Source of the DNA: a virus
Taxonomy: Duplodnaviria > Caudoviricetes
Virus record (IMG/VR): IMGVR_UViG_3300026549_000039
Location: 1-64,000 of that record
DNA: 64,000 bases
Direction: 5' to 3' (one strand)
Part shown: in pieces, positions 47,401 to 57,800 of the stretch
Layout of the letters: every line of letters starts with the position of its first letter
How positions within the stretch are numbered: position 1 is the stretch's first letter
The notes under the pieces: generated by a model
Database searches by the model: none
What the model was told of the DNA's origin: nothing
Seen by the model: the letters and a program-made list of their open reading frames with translations, nothing else
Translations under genes and position numbers: made by a program

Positions 47401-50193
47401 GTGGCAGGGAGTATGGCTGCTGATACCACAGCTACACCTCCTAGTCCGTTTGGTGTACCTGATGGCTACTTTGGGTATGAAGAGGGGTCCACGCTTAATA
47501 CTATATACCAACCGAATAATCAGGAGAGCGTGGCCTCGACTGGTCTGTCTAGGGCTTACACCTGGGTGTTCCTTATGGACCTGACCAAAGCTGGTTCGTC
47601 TGGGCCTGCTCTTTGGCCCAATGGCCCTTGGGTCACTGCTGTCGGCTGGGAGACACCCGAGGTTGGAGACCGCAGACCTATTGAGTACTACACTCAAAAG
47701 GACTACGACGGTAACGAGTTGGAGAAGAAGGAGATCATTACCCGGTTCGCTATTGAAGCCTTCGGTGATGATACCAGGGACCCGATCTACACCGCTGAGG
47801 AGCTGGTTGGCCTTAGATTCGAGAACAATACAGACATAGGCATCGTTCCTGGAACTGCTGAGACCTGGTACAACTCTACTGGTTATGAACTTCTGGTTGA
47901 TAGGTCTATGAATGAAATGGCCGTCTCAGACAACGGGTTCTGGTTTGATTTCTTTGAAAAGAAAGATAACTTTGTTGACCGCAGGTACAAGTACATCGCC
48001 TTGGTTATCTATTCTTGGAGAGTGAAAACCTACAATCCTGACGGCACACTCAAGGATGATACCGAGTACATAACAAGAGGTAGTACACCTGACCCGAAGG
48101 TAATATTTGCTCACACTGATGCTGGTGAGCCTTGCCGCTGGGGCCTGTTTGTTCCTCGTGGATTGAACCCACAACACTATAACCGCTGGAGATGGCTAGA
48201 ACAGGATACTTTAGGTAATGACAAAGAAGAGCAAAACTACACACACGTAAGCATACTGTGGGCAGGTCAGGAGAAGCTGATTGCTAACCTGATCAACAAC
48301 TTTAAGTACTCAGCGGTACAGCTGGACTTCAGAGTATGGGGCAAGGCTTATGGTACGTTTGCGCCTACTATTGTGTACTACTCCGAAGCCAATCTTCTCT
48401 CTTGGGGATCCTATGGGAACAGGGAGCTGTCTTTGAATAACAACTGCATCAACGACTTCAAAACAGCTCGTAAGCTGGCTAACATGCTTACAGCCCAGTC
48501 CAATGAGACGTACAACATGGTGACCACTGGCAAACCGTATGTCTTTGAGGGCGATGTAGTCATGGTGAAAGAGGAGACATCAGGATCAATAGCCGGTATG
48601 TTCAGAAACTGGGAGAACATATGGAAGGATCCCGAGAGGAAGAACTGTGTCGATCCTGGCAACCAGCTCACCTTCAGAAGTATACCTGGAGTATACCAGC
48701 CTCAGTACTCTACACCCACCTACGGTAATAATACCTTGGTGGCATGTAGTGACGGGACCAGGAACACATACTTGGTGGAGATTGATAAAGCATACAATCC
48801 CATCTGGTATGCCATAGACACAGCCAACACTAGACCAGTGTTCTGTATGCGCTGGGAAGGTGTTGGTGGACAGTATAATGCAAATGTAGCGACACATACC
48901 CTGGCTGGACTAGCTGACGGATCATTCATCCAGATTGATTACACCATAGCCAATCTGGTAAACAGCCTCACCCTACCTGCTGTGCCCACCTGTGGTACCA
49001 TGGATGAGGAACAGCTTTGGGTCTTTGTTGGTTCTGACACTGGCGTGTACGGCATCAACCTGGCGACATTCACGGTTGATATCATAGATAACTCAGGAGG
49101 ATGTACTGGTATATCAGCAGCCCAGTGGAAGGTTTATGATCCCATACTAGAGGAGGAAGCCTACCGAGAGTACGGCGTGCTGTTTACCGTAGGTTCGGGT
49201 GGAATCACATGCAGGCAGTTGTACCAGGATAGGAACCGCACTGCAATAGGGCCAGTATTGGCTACCTATACAGGCAACCTACCATTTGATGAGCCTGGAA
49301 CACTTGAGTATGACAAGAGCCTTGGTGAGCTGATCTACGTACACAAGGCACAACCTAACAAGGCAGCGTCCATACACAGCATAAAGGTTGAGGTGGAGAT
49401 TGACCCTTCGTATCCTGACGCTGGTTTCGACGTTGAGTTTATAGGCGAGCTGTGGAAGATTGACTATATGGATGACGGCGAGCTGATAGCTACATTCCCC
49501 AATACAGCAGACCGTACAGCTTACATCAATCAGTTCTTCAGGCCAGTTCATGCTATCTATGATGTAAACAAAGACCTGCTGATTACTGATGAGCACAACA
49601 ACAGGGTGTACAAAGTTAATCCTAGTGGTAAGTTCTACATTACATCTATCACTGATAACTTTGACATTGGAGACAACGCTGTTACCTATAAGCAGCAGGT
49701 AGAAATGGTAACAGTGGCTGCCGCTGGGTCACTTCAGCTCACAAACTTTGGTAAGAACTTCCTCAATACCAAGACAGACCAGCAGATAACAGCTGCCATG
49801 AACACTGGTATGGGAAGAATCATCAGTGAGCTGGGTAGAGACAAGTACCTGTGCAAGCTGCTAACATCAGCAACCGTAGTCGAGGCCATCAACAACTCTG
49901 CACAGGCTCTTAGGGTGCGCGACACTGTTATAATCATGTTTGGCTTCAATGGCGATATGTCCGGCGTTGGTACAATCATAGCTAAGAAGGCATTGAATGA
50001 CTGGCTGGTTGAGACTGGTGATCCCTATGTGTACACCGATGCTACGTCCATTGATGTAACAAAATATGGACAGGCGGCTACGGAGACAACATCAGGAGGC
50101 AGCACGGCAGACCTCACAGTGTATAATTCTAGGATACGCACCATAGAGAACAGGCTGAAGACACTTGCTGGCCTGCATGGATTGAGGTGGTAG
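44479..50193 (+). CDS. baseplate hub/tail-tip protein (gp27-like) with a large insertion and C-terminal OB-like domain
   Basis: ISIYMGY..FEGYID..IECRD; FFDQLGRLVV; NIITITG...YGNREL...ARKLA; internal double hydrophobic helix. Confidence 0.75.
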   Translation: MVSMPGYQRQRIWDERPLTDEIKASILAKPDAHIIASSTSNAQFEPCCLVVVDHSYPLIGVLSVTVKRSRNTESNTASISLLNTGVRYSGPNKQKISANTPISIYMGYSKRYIQRFEGYIDSTSMSTTGDGSTIQIECRDRAKDLIENEISCGIYSDKSEYLGEGDWHFQMGYDRFSTQMNPEPRAWKVSDVLRDVCYVLGLRDIVPFIHIEENYNTVTGFTTYDRVVTYGPEYVLDIDPEWDKEIVCNFVEENALDVIAQLAQSICHEAFFDQLGRLVVRKVQTAADPSVFYYKEERDIESLTNKVDDDNVSNIITITGQTADETAVIYPFGAVAVTDNVSLEKGQDKYGWTMTYPKIVGPENINTLKHPSLYAHTMAPGAEPVTDYHDNPENGPSYDVRIHYPNFAQPYEKQLCLEATCPIITDEAAKANTNNLRTWGYHGEVDSAVSYENQPIMLEDRFRKPLLVVCKERSMDDDLIKACDATVSNPEAKDDPDEDADPVPMPSVLDHITYSVDGGTIYDYNTDPNYPSNPLPTPNYGGLPTPGVANSYYLVGTKDVDSLPSDATAFVPKGLTAADFQGKGKEITQFSVVQGVSPWASLPNYIYDMASMSTLTPYIAMVKVKRKIKTKMYQDPTNPAVTYRAVENLIDPTAYDEIEVIPFDLNPQNLYVNCQVVDNQIESMYTPWRDLPSGAIDMGGDQVEEIEYPLIYHNPLAGLTGTQPNYLLAPISDDWMDTITSIKDSCGKSMEVFITKIDPRYVSNSDPDVNCVYWKWRGTYKKDPTKSDRGVVVQTDMGADANGNPKVSIKKDEFYRLAADPNTVVIECTTAGIDHKSWAEVVELNEYNIICKGHNQYGSMKDSWEKFIKELEKILTLIGAALVIIGIAFLCMPFGGAAASGVAQGGIAPVTAALAILLGVFLILLDLDDNIGANISKVMEDMSCRLTGVRRPEIELWHNSSKAAQWYIRDQSNQVAGSMAADTTATPPSPFGVPDGYFGYEEGSTLNTIYQPNNQESVASTGLSRAYTWVFLMDLTKAGSSGPALWPNGPWVTAVGWETPEVGDRRPIEYYTQKDYDGNELEKKEIITRFAIEAFGDDTRDPIYTAEELVGLRFENNTDIGIVPGTAETWYNSTGYELLVDRSMNEMAVSDNGFWFDFFEKKDNFVDRRYKYIALVIYSWRVKTYNPDGTLKDDTEYITRGSTPDPKVIFAHTDAGEPCRWGLFVPRGLNPQHYNRWRWLEQDTLGNDKEEQNYTHVSILWAGQEKLIANLINNFKYSAVQLDFRVWGKAYGTFAPTIVYYSEANLLSWGSYGNRELSLNNNCINDFKTARKLANMLTAQSNETYNMVTTGKPYVFEGDVVMVKEETSGSIAGMFRNWENIWKDPERKNCVDPGNQLTFRSIPGVYQPQYSTPTYGNNTLVACSDGTRNTYLVEIDKAYNPIWYAIDTANTRPVFCMRWEGVGGQYNANVATHTLAGLADGSFIQIDYTIANLVNSLTLPAVPTCGTMDEEQLWVFVGSDTGVYGINLATFTVDIIDNSGGCTGISAAQWKVYDPILEEEAYREYGVLFTVGSGGITCRQLYQDRNRTAIGPVLATYTGNLPFDEPGTLEYDKSLGELIYVHKAQPNKAASIHSIKVEVEIDPSYPDAGFDVEFIGELWKIDYMDDGELIATFPNTADRTAYINQFFRPVHAIYDVNKDLLITDEHNNRVYKVNPSGKFYITSITDNFDIGDNAVTYKQQVEMVTVAAAGSLQLTNFGKNFLNTKTDQQITAAMNTGMGRIISELGRDKYLCKLLTSATVVEAINNSAQALRVRDTVIIMFGFNGDMSGVGTIIAKKALNDWLVETGDPYVYTDATSIDVTKYGQAATETTSGGSTADLTVYNSRIRTIENRLKTLAGLHGLRW

Positions 50194-50196
50194 GAA

Positions 50197-51246
50197 GTGT
50201 ATTACAACAAATACTTACGTAAACCAGATGTACCTGGTGCATCACGATGCTCATTTACATTTGATGCTAATGCAGACCTGCTCACTCGGGATGATAACTA
50301 CCGAGGTAAGAAACGGTATAGGTTCAACAAATGGCAACCTATATCTGAAGCGTTTCCCAAGCCCTCTTCGGGGGGCTTGATATTTAATCCTAATCAGGAG
50401 CATCCACTAGCTGGCATCATATCAGCATGGCATATCAACCCAGCGGATGAGGGCTATGTGGATTTCCTGATTAGCCCCATAACGGTTAATAAGTTTGATG
50501 CAGCCGCTGGGGATGCAATAGAGGTTGGGGTTGGGTTCCTTAAATACATATCGGACTACTGGGCTCTGGTACAGGGTTGCGAGTTTGTGTGCAGGCGTAG
50601 GTCAATGCTACCCAGCGCACAGCGTCAATACTATACGATTGGGAACAACGAGATACCATTTACTCAGCAGGTGTTCAACCCAGATAACTATGCCAGCTTT
50701 CAGCTCAGGTACGACGTGACCGGGATGGATATAGTCTATACAGAGTATGACGCAACTGGTACAGCGTTATCTTCTGATGCTACCCACCTGGATTATGATA
50801 ATACGGTAGGAAACCTATACAGGCCTGTACTATACTTCTATGCTAATGGAGATTGCAATTTTGAGTGCAGCTTGATTAGAAGCAAGATAGAGTTCCCAAT
50901 GCTAAGGTTGGCACATAGTGAGACCATATGGTTCCTAGAGAATCCCAGCACTTATGTACCACCTGTGGCTCCTATCAGGGACCCTGGTAATCATATGTAC
51001 TACCAACCAACCAAAGCTATGATAGAGGACGCTACGATTAGGGTAGCCAATAACTGGTGCAGCCACGAATGGTTACGCACCATAGACTACCTTATATCCG
51101 CTGGATTGGAAACATTTATATTTACAGATCCAGATGGTAGACGCTTTAGATGCTGCTTTGAGGATCTACAGGCTAATACAGCTAGATTGACTGGCACCAA
51201 GGGTGTGGGGTATGAACTTACCATGCCCGTTATGGTTTTACATTAG
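50197..51246 (+). CDS. putative tail/baseplate protein
   Basis: GAGGTGG RBS; operon position. Confidence 0.7.
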   Translation: MYYNKYLRKPDVPGASRCSFTFDANADLLTRDDNYRGKKRYRFNKWQPISEAFPKPSSGGLIFNPNQEHPLAGIISAWHINPADEGYVDFLISPITVNKFDAAAGDAIEVGVGFLKYISDYWALVQGCEFVCRRRSMLPSAQRQYYTIGNNEIPFTQQVFNPDNYASFQLRYDVTGMDIVYTEYDATGTALSSDATHLDYDNTVGNLYRPVLYFYANGDCNFECSLIRSKIEFPMLRLAHSETIWFLENPSTYVPPVAPIRDPGNHMYYQPTKAMIEDATIRVANNWCSHEWLRTIDYLISAGLETFIFTDPDGRRFRCCFEDLQANTARLTGTKGVGYELTMPVMVLH

Positions 51247-51249
51247 GAG

Positions 51250-53487
51250 GTGTTGGGTGTGCCTGTAACAAAGGTAGACAATGTAGATTATCAAAATAAT
51301 ATCCCAATAGATAATATTGTGCGCGGCGTACAATTTCACAACCAGTCTATAGGGCTAGATGCTGGGAGCTGGTGGTGGCTAGTACCAAAAGGATCCAGAA
51401 ACATTCAATTCTATACACCGTTTGCTAGTAGCCTACCGGGTGGTGACCAGTATATTAAGCTGCCTAAAAGTCCAACTATAAAGTTAGAAGATGTCGCTTC
51501 GACTCCTGGTACCGTTACCATACCACGCTCCAACATACAATTTACTTTCACAGGTAATAATACTTGGCACTGTTGGGGTGTTTATGGTGTACCTGATACT
51601 GACTTCTACTGGTTGAACCATTCTGGGCCTGGGGGCCAGCCATGGCCAACCTCTGTTCCGATTCCTGAAGCAGACGTTGTTGCTTATGGATTTGGGTACT
51701 GCCCTCTACATAACGCGAGTATACAAGTTTTTCATATGGATGGAGCACAATTAGTAGGTACACCATTTACAGGATTCAATGAGGATTGGGTTTGGGAACA
51801 GGGTGATAACTTTATTGGTAACCCATCCGACCCAGCTGATTGGGTCAAATATCACAAAACTAGTATATGGTCTAGGATACTAGGATCAGCATTACGATCT
51901 GCTAATGCCTACAACGGAAACGCTGTTCTTCCAAATAACACCAGCTTTGAAGTAGGTATGGTGGTGCCTGTGCAAGAATTGACAGACTTCTTGCGTCTAA
52001 TAAACCCGTCTTTGTTTACATCTACGTTTACATTTGACGACTCGAAAACAAATGGGTTTGGTGGAGAGCTGATAAAACATGATGATGTTAATTTCTATAA
52101 GATTCTTGTTAATGGTGAAGAAATATACTGGACTGGTAATAATGCAGGGGTATGTTGTAATAGCATAAACAGGTCGCAGTACGAAAACCTATTTTGGGGT
52201 ATAAATGGATACTACGCACCTCACACCACTACCGATGCTTTAGCAATCAAACAAGTATCAGCCCCATTTGAAATGTTATATATCCCTGAAGCTCAAGACG
52301 ATCTGATTATAGGAATGATAACATCTCATACTGGTTTCGTATATGGGCAATGGGAAGATGCCTCCGACCCACTAGATCCGTTTCTACCACCTTACATTGA
52401 GCCTCCAGAGCCTCCTAAGCCTCCTGAGCCTCCAAAGCCTGTACCCGTTCCGGCTAAGTGTGACAGACCTAGAGTGTATGCAGTATCAACACCCTCCTCC
52501 TCACAGTCACACTTTGGTTTATCATCATGTGTGGATGAGCACCTTGTGGGTCCAACTTTGGTATCGATGGCATCTAAAAGGTGCAAGTGTGGTCGTATGA
52601 TGCCTAGCAAGATACCGGCTATACGAACCACTACAGGCAACAAAGTAGAGCTCAAGGATTTCAACACATCCACTGTAATGCCTGAAATCCATTATATTCC
52701 AAAGGGGTCAAAGAATATAAAGTTTACTGGCACACCCGCCTGCCTAGTGGACTGTGTAGTGGTGCCCCAAGTATTCCATTTGGATGGTAAGCTGCTTGTT
52801 GGATCACCTGTGATACAGGATCCTAGAGTTTCTAATCGTAACTACAATGGATCAAATGTATGGGGCTTTGTTACAGGCGCAACAGCATCACCTGACCCAA
52901 GACCCGTGCAGGACATAAAGGACGCTGTTACACAGTATGTAAAGACAAATGCTCCTGCCAGGTACACCAGGAGCTTTGTATTTGATGATTCACAGGTCAA
53001 CGGCACAGGTGCCTTCATGGCCTACTCCACTTCAATGTATACCGTTACGGTGGCTGGAGAAACTATACAGTGGAATGGTGATCAGCTTGACACTTGGCCT
53101 GGGCGGGGCGATTCCCTTCAGGACAACATCGTCAATATCTCTACGTGGCTGTCTAACTTCGGCACTAACCCTGATTATGATCCACCAGCAGCAATAAAGT
53201 GCAAGCTGAGTATAGATGAGGCCAAGGACGACCTGTTCATAATGATGATTGGTACATGCTGGCATGTGTATGTCGCTTCCTGGGATTTACCATCCTCTGA
53301 TCCCCCAGAGCCTCCAGAGCCTCCTGAACCACCCGAGCCTCCAGAGCCTCCTGAACCTCCAGAGCCCCCCGAACCACCAGAGCCTCCTGAACCCCCAGAG
53401 CCTGTACCTGTTCCAGCTACGTGTGCCAGGCCTAGGATGTGGCAAAAACGAGAAGCTAACGAAGGTAAACACCATTTTGGAATATAG
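51250..53487 (+). CDS. protein with two copies of an unrecognised repeated domain and PEP linkers
   Basis: PKGS.NI.F...QVFH.DG...GE.I.W.G...I.EA.DDL occurs twice. Confidence 0.85.
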   Translation: MLGVPVTKVDNVDYQNNIPIDNIVRGVQFHNQSIGLDAGSWWWLVPKGSRNIQFYTPFASSLPGGDQYIKLPKSPTIKLEDVASTPGTVTIPRSNIQFTFTGNNTWHCWGVYGVPDTDFYWLNHSGPGGQPWPTSVPIPEADVVAYGFGYCPLHNASIQVFHMDGAQLVGTPFTGFNEDWVWEQGDNFIGNPSDPADWVKYHKTSIWSRILGSALRSANAYNGNAVLPNNTSFEVGMVVPVQELTDFLRLINPSLFTSTFTFDDSKTNGFGGELIKHDDVNFYKILVNGEEIYWTGNNAGVCCNSINRSQYENLFWGINGYYAPHTTTDALAIKQVSAPFEMLYIPEAQDDLIIGMITSHTGFVYGQWEDASDPLDPFLPPYIEPPEPPKPPEPPKPVPVPAKCDRPRVYAVSTPSSSQSHFGLSSCVDEHLVGPTLVSMASKRCKCGRMMPSKIPAIRTTTGNKVELKDFNTSTVMPEIHYIPKGSKNIKFTGTPACLVDCVVVPQVFHLDGKLLVGSPVIQDPRVSNRNYNGSNVWGFVTGATASPDPRPVQDIKDAVTQYVKTNAPARYTRSFVFDDSQVNGTGAFMAYSTSMYTVTVAGETIQWNGDQLDTWPGRGDSLQDNIVNISTWLSNFGTNPDYDPPAAIKCKLSIDEAKDDLFIMMIGTCWHVYVASWDLPSSDPPEPPEPPEPPEPPEPPEPPEPPEPPEPPEPPEPVPVPATCARPRMWQKREANEGKHHFGI
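53303..53403 (+). repeat. degenerate 9-bp coding repeat, (PPE) about x11
   Basis: CCNCCNGAR tandem units. Confidence 0.9.
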
Positions 53488-53500
53488 GTGGTGAGCAGAG

Positions 53501-54796
53501 GTGGCTTTAATTAAACAATCTTGGTCCTCTCTAAAGCAGCTTGGTACACCGAGTATTCCGTATGGATTCTCAGATTTTGTGACTGTACCAAAAGGGGCCA
53601 AATATATACACTTTGAAATAGCTTATGGAGAAGGGTCGAGTAGTATAGTTGACCAGCTTATTCAGATAGACCAAGATATACAACTAGAAGTTATACAGGA
53701 CGCTATAAATGGGCGTCTGCCGTTTGATACTTCTGACCCCAACTACATGCAGCTTATTGAGGAGGAAACCCAACGTAGAGTGGATGCTGATCCACGAGCA
53801 ATAGACCTGTACAATCAATGGGACGGGCGAATTTATCCTATTGGTGGTATTGTGGACAACCTTGTAGGTTTTCCCGACCTCAAAAATGGATGGACTACCC
53901 TAGTACATCGTCTAGGTATGGGTGTCAACTGCGCCTTTAATACTGTACCTATAGCAACAGTTATATCAATGTGTTTTGACCATAGTTGTTCATTACAGGT
54001 ATTTCATCCAGATGGTACTCTGTTGGTTGGATCCCCTCTACACCAGCGGGACTGGTGTAGAGGGGAGCCGTATGGTGATTCATCTGGCCCGTCTGCATTG
54101 AGATGGCCTGCTGGTATAGAGTATGATAAGAGTGGGCAATGGGCTGAGTGGTACAGTTGGGCTACCGCAGGTTTGATAGCTATGGCTACTGATGGTAATC
54201 TAAACAATATAGTGCGGTATTTTCCATCGAGAGGCACCATTGCCACACCATCAGATATAACTGATGTGTTAAAAACAAAGCACCCAACTGTATTTTTACC
54301 GTCTTTCCAATTTAACGATTCACAAGTTAATGGGAATCGGAAAGTACTTGTAAAGATGGACGATACAACCTTCTACAACTTGACAGTGGACGGCGAGCAG
54401 ATATCCTGGACAGGAGACCCTACAGCAGATGCCCCGCTTCTTTTTCCTCATCAAATGTTAGCACTAGGTTTATATCCGTCTCTAGTCATTCATCCAACTG
54501 ATCCGCCAGATGTAGCCTCAGCAATGAATAATATGACCAGGGAGAAGATAAGATCAAGGCCCTTCCAATCTCTGGATATCGAACAAGCTACAGAGGATTT
54601 AATAATCGGTACTGTCTCATGTGACATGGGAACTGTTTATGGAGAATGGTATATCGATGACGGGACACCAGAGCCCCCTCCATGGCCCCCTGAACCCCCA
54701 GAGCCCGCACCTGTACCTGTTCCAGCTAGGTGTGACAGGCCTAGGATGTGGCGGAAACGTGATGCTAATGAAAACAAACAACATTTTGGATTATAG
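53501..54796 (+). CDS. protein with one copy of the repeated domain and a CxRPR...HFG tail
   Basis: Same motifs; GGTGGTGA RBS. Confidence 0.85.
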   Translation: MALIKQSWSSLKQLGTPSIPYGFSDFVTVPKGAKYIHFEIAYGEGSSSIVDQLIQIDQDIQLEVIQDAINGRLPFDTSDPNYMQLIEEETQRRVDADPRAIDLYNQWDGRIYPIGGIVDNLVGFPDLKNGWTTLVHRLGMGVNCAFNTVPIATVISMCFDHSCSLQVFHPDGTLLVGSPLHQRDWCRGEPYGDSSGPSALRWPAGIEYDKSGQWAEWYSWATAGLIAMATDGNLNNIVRYFPSRGTIATPSDITDVLKTKHPTVFLPSFQFNDSQVNGNRKVLVKMDDTTFYNLTVDGEQISWTGDPTADAPLLFPHQMLALGLYPSLVIHPTDPPDVASAMNNMTREKIRSRPFQSLDIEQATEDLIIGTVSCDMGTVYGEWYIDDGTPEPPPWPPEPPEPAPVPVPARCDRPRMWRKRDANENKQHFGL

Positions 54797-54809
54797 GTGG
54801 TGAAGCAGT

Positions 54810-57800
54810 ATGGCATGGGTTAAGACTAGTGTACATAATGATCCTGTACAACCTGGGGCTCCTGGAACTATAGCATTGTCTGGCCATCGAATTAGCTACT
54901 TTTGGACAGTGCCTAGAGGATCTAAAGATATAAGGTTTGAGATACCCTACATGGTTAGAACACCCGAGGCTGCTAATGCCGAATCGGCCTTGCTAGGTAA
55001 GTACGATTCTGAAGTTAGGGATGATATTATATCCGGGGTTCTAAATTTTGATTCCAATGACCCTAACTATATGAACCTTATAGAAGAAGAAGTGAAGAGA
55101 AGGTTTGAGGCAGACCCAGATTATTACAGAATTGTAACTGATGGCTATACCGTGTATCCTAGAAACGGTATAGCGGAATCACTATTTGATCCACCTTCCC
55201 AGTATCTTGATACCTATGGATCTCTTCGGTATGGGGGATCTACTTCGTATCAAGATTACTGGATTATGCCGTTCATGTGTTATAGCCATGGAGCCAGCAT
55301 TCAAGTTTTTCATACCAATGGTAAGCTACTAACAGGAAGTCTACTTACAGGGTATGACAAAAGTAGAGGCGGTCTATATGATGATTCGCACTACCCAGTA
55401 AACGTTTCTACATACTATACAGATGGTAGAAAATGGTTTGCATCCGGGTTGTGGGCAGATTTTCATGACTTCCATACTGTGGACAGGAATTTGCCACCGG
55501 GCGCACCTAGCAGCAGTTACGTTTGGCCCACCCCAGGTAGAACAGTTACACCTTCCATGGTAACTGATGTCCTACGTGAAAGACATCCGAATGTCTTTGG
55601 TTCTGCATTTAATTTCGATGACACATTAGTCAATCAGGGAAGAGGAGAACAGATTAAGTATGATGACTCTACAGAGTATGCATTTACCGTAGATGGTGAA
55701 GAAATAATATGGACCGGGTGTATATTTGGTACAGGACCTTGCAATCTCTCAGCACGGGCCTATATGCTGGGTTTGTATCCATACCTGGAAGACCTGGGTG
55801 TTGGTTATCCGGTAGACCCAATCATATCCAGACCATATGAAGTCCTGCGCATCTCTGAAGCAAAAGAGGACCTTATTATTGGATTCATATCAGACGATGG
55901 TGGGTACGTGTATGGGGAATGGTACACAGATGACGGGACACCAGATCCAGAGCCTCCAGAACCTCCTGAGCCACCAACTCCGCCAGATCCTCCTACACCT
56001 CCGGATCCTCCTACACCTCCTACACCTCCGGATCCTCCTACGCCTCCTACTCCCGAACCTCCAGCCTACCCCAATCAGATCAGGTATACGAATCTGGAAG
56101 AGGTTACACCTGTCCGAAGAGGAGACGATATAGTAATACCACAACCATATGCAGGTATAGCTGTATTTAGGGATGGTAGGTACATCGTAGCAGGTAGAGA
56201 GAAGGGCCGACTTGTCCTGGTAGGTCCTGACGATCTAGTCATCTCTTCTGGTGATCCATTCTCCCTACGCCATGACTACGATAAGCTCATCTGCTATGGC
56301 ATAGCTATGCACGTCAGTGAAGAAAGCCTGTACCTACTAGTAGGAGAAGAAGGTTCCACTGATCTCTACATAACCAGGATAGAGATAATTGGCAGACCAT
56401 CAGGTTGCAGCGCAAAGTGTGACTGTGATGATGATTGTGACTGTACCACTATGTCCAAAATACCTGCTGACGCTGTAGCGTTCCAAGGGAACTATTACAA
56501 AGTCTATGACCAGGTTGTAACCTGGGAAGAAGCCAGGATTGAATGCGAGCGCTTAGGAGGCCATCTCTGCACAATTATGTCCAAAGAGGAGAATAATTGC
56601 GTTAAAGAGCTGGTGACAAAGGCGATTGGAACACCGCCTAGCCGATGGTATGGTGCCTGGATTGGATGCTATGGTGATCGAACACAATGGTATTGGGTAA
56701 ACGGTGCAAAGGTTAATTATGCAAGCTGGACTCCAGGCCAACCTGATTATGTTGGCAGTGGCCCAGTGTACCAGGGAGTAATAATGGTTGATGGTCTATG
56801 GCATGACTACTCCATAGGTGGCAAATGCAACCACTTCGTATGCAAATGGACTGGGTACCCACAGCCTAAGAGCATACCTCACGATGCAGTTAAGTTCCAG
56901 AGACACTACTACAAGGTCTATAAACAAAACGTGACCTGGGAAGAAGCACGTACACTGTGTAGTGATTTGGGTGGACATTTGGCCATAATTACATCTCAGG
57001 AAGAAAATAATTTAGTCCAAAGTCTAGTCTCCAAAGCTATAGGTACACCCACTGGTCGCTATTATGGTGCCTGGATAGGGTGTGAGAGGCGCGACAATGG
57101 ATGGTATTGGGTAGATGACTCTAAGGTAAACTACACAAATTGGGATGCTGGACAACCTGATGCTGCTGGTGGAACAGAATGCTATGGAGAAATAATCGTT
57201 GATGGTCATTGGAATGATTACCATCCATACACAAAGTTGGATTACTTCGTCTGTGAATGGCCTGAAATTGATCCTGGTTCCCCTAGATTCAAATGGAATC
57301 CTGCCTTTGATATCAGGCTGCCATCAATGACTGCTAAGAACATCGACTACAACGACTTCCAGCCCATATATTGGGGTCAGGGCTGGGAACTTGGTGGGTA
57401 TTCTCCTAATGGATTACAGTGGATAACCCACCTACTTAAGAAGAAACAGCCAGAGGTTAAGAATGACTGGTCAAAACTTCATGACGATCTGGCTGTCAAC
57501 CTTACCCAGTTCCCTATGATTGGTCCAGTACTACCCGAGTACAAACCCTGTATTACCGGAGTAGGCGCTAGGGTTATGGTCAGCGTAGTCAATGTTCAGG
57601 TGTACCAGTGCAGCTTCGATATGAAAGTGTGGTACGAAAACACAGCATGGAAGGATGAACCCTGGAGGTGGAGAAATTCACCAAGCAGCATACGGTCAAT
57701 GTGGGAGTCTACGCTAAGATCCATTCTAAAGAAGCGTAAACTGATTGATGAAACAAAACAGCAGACTACCTTAGATGGACCTGGAATCAGAACTCCGCCG

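Noticed and set aside
44479-53487. TAG stop-codon recoding, suggested by in-frame ORFs separated by TAG at 50193 and 51246 (also at 849)
   Set aside because: Each downstream ORF has its own RBS and multi-kb ORFs are uninterrupted under the standard code
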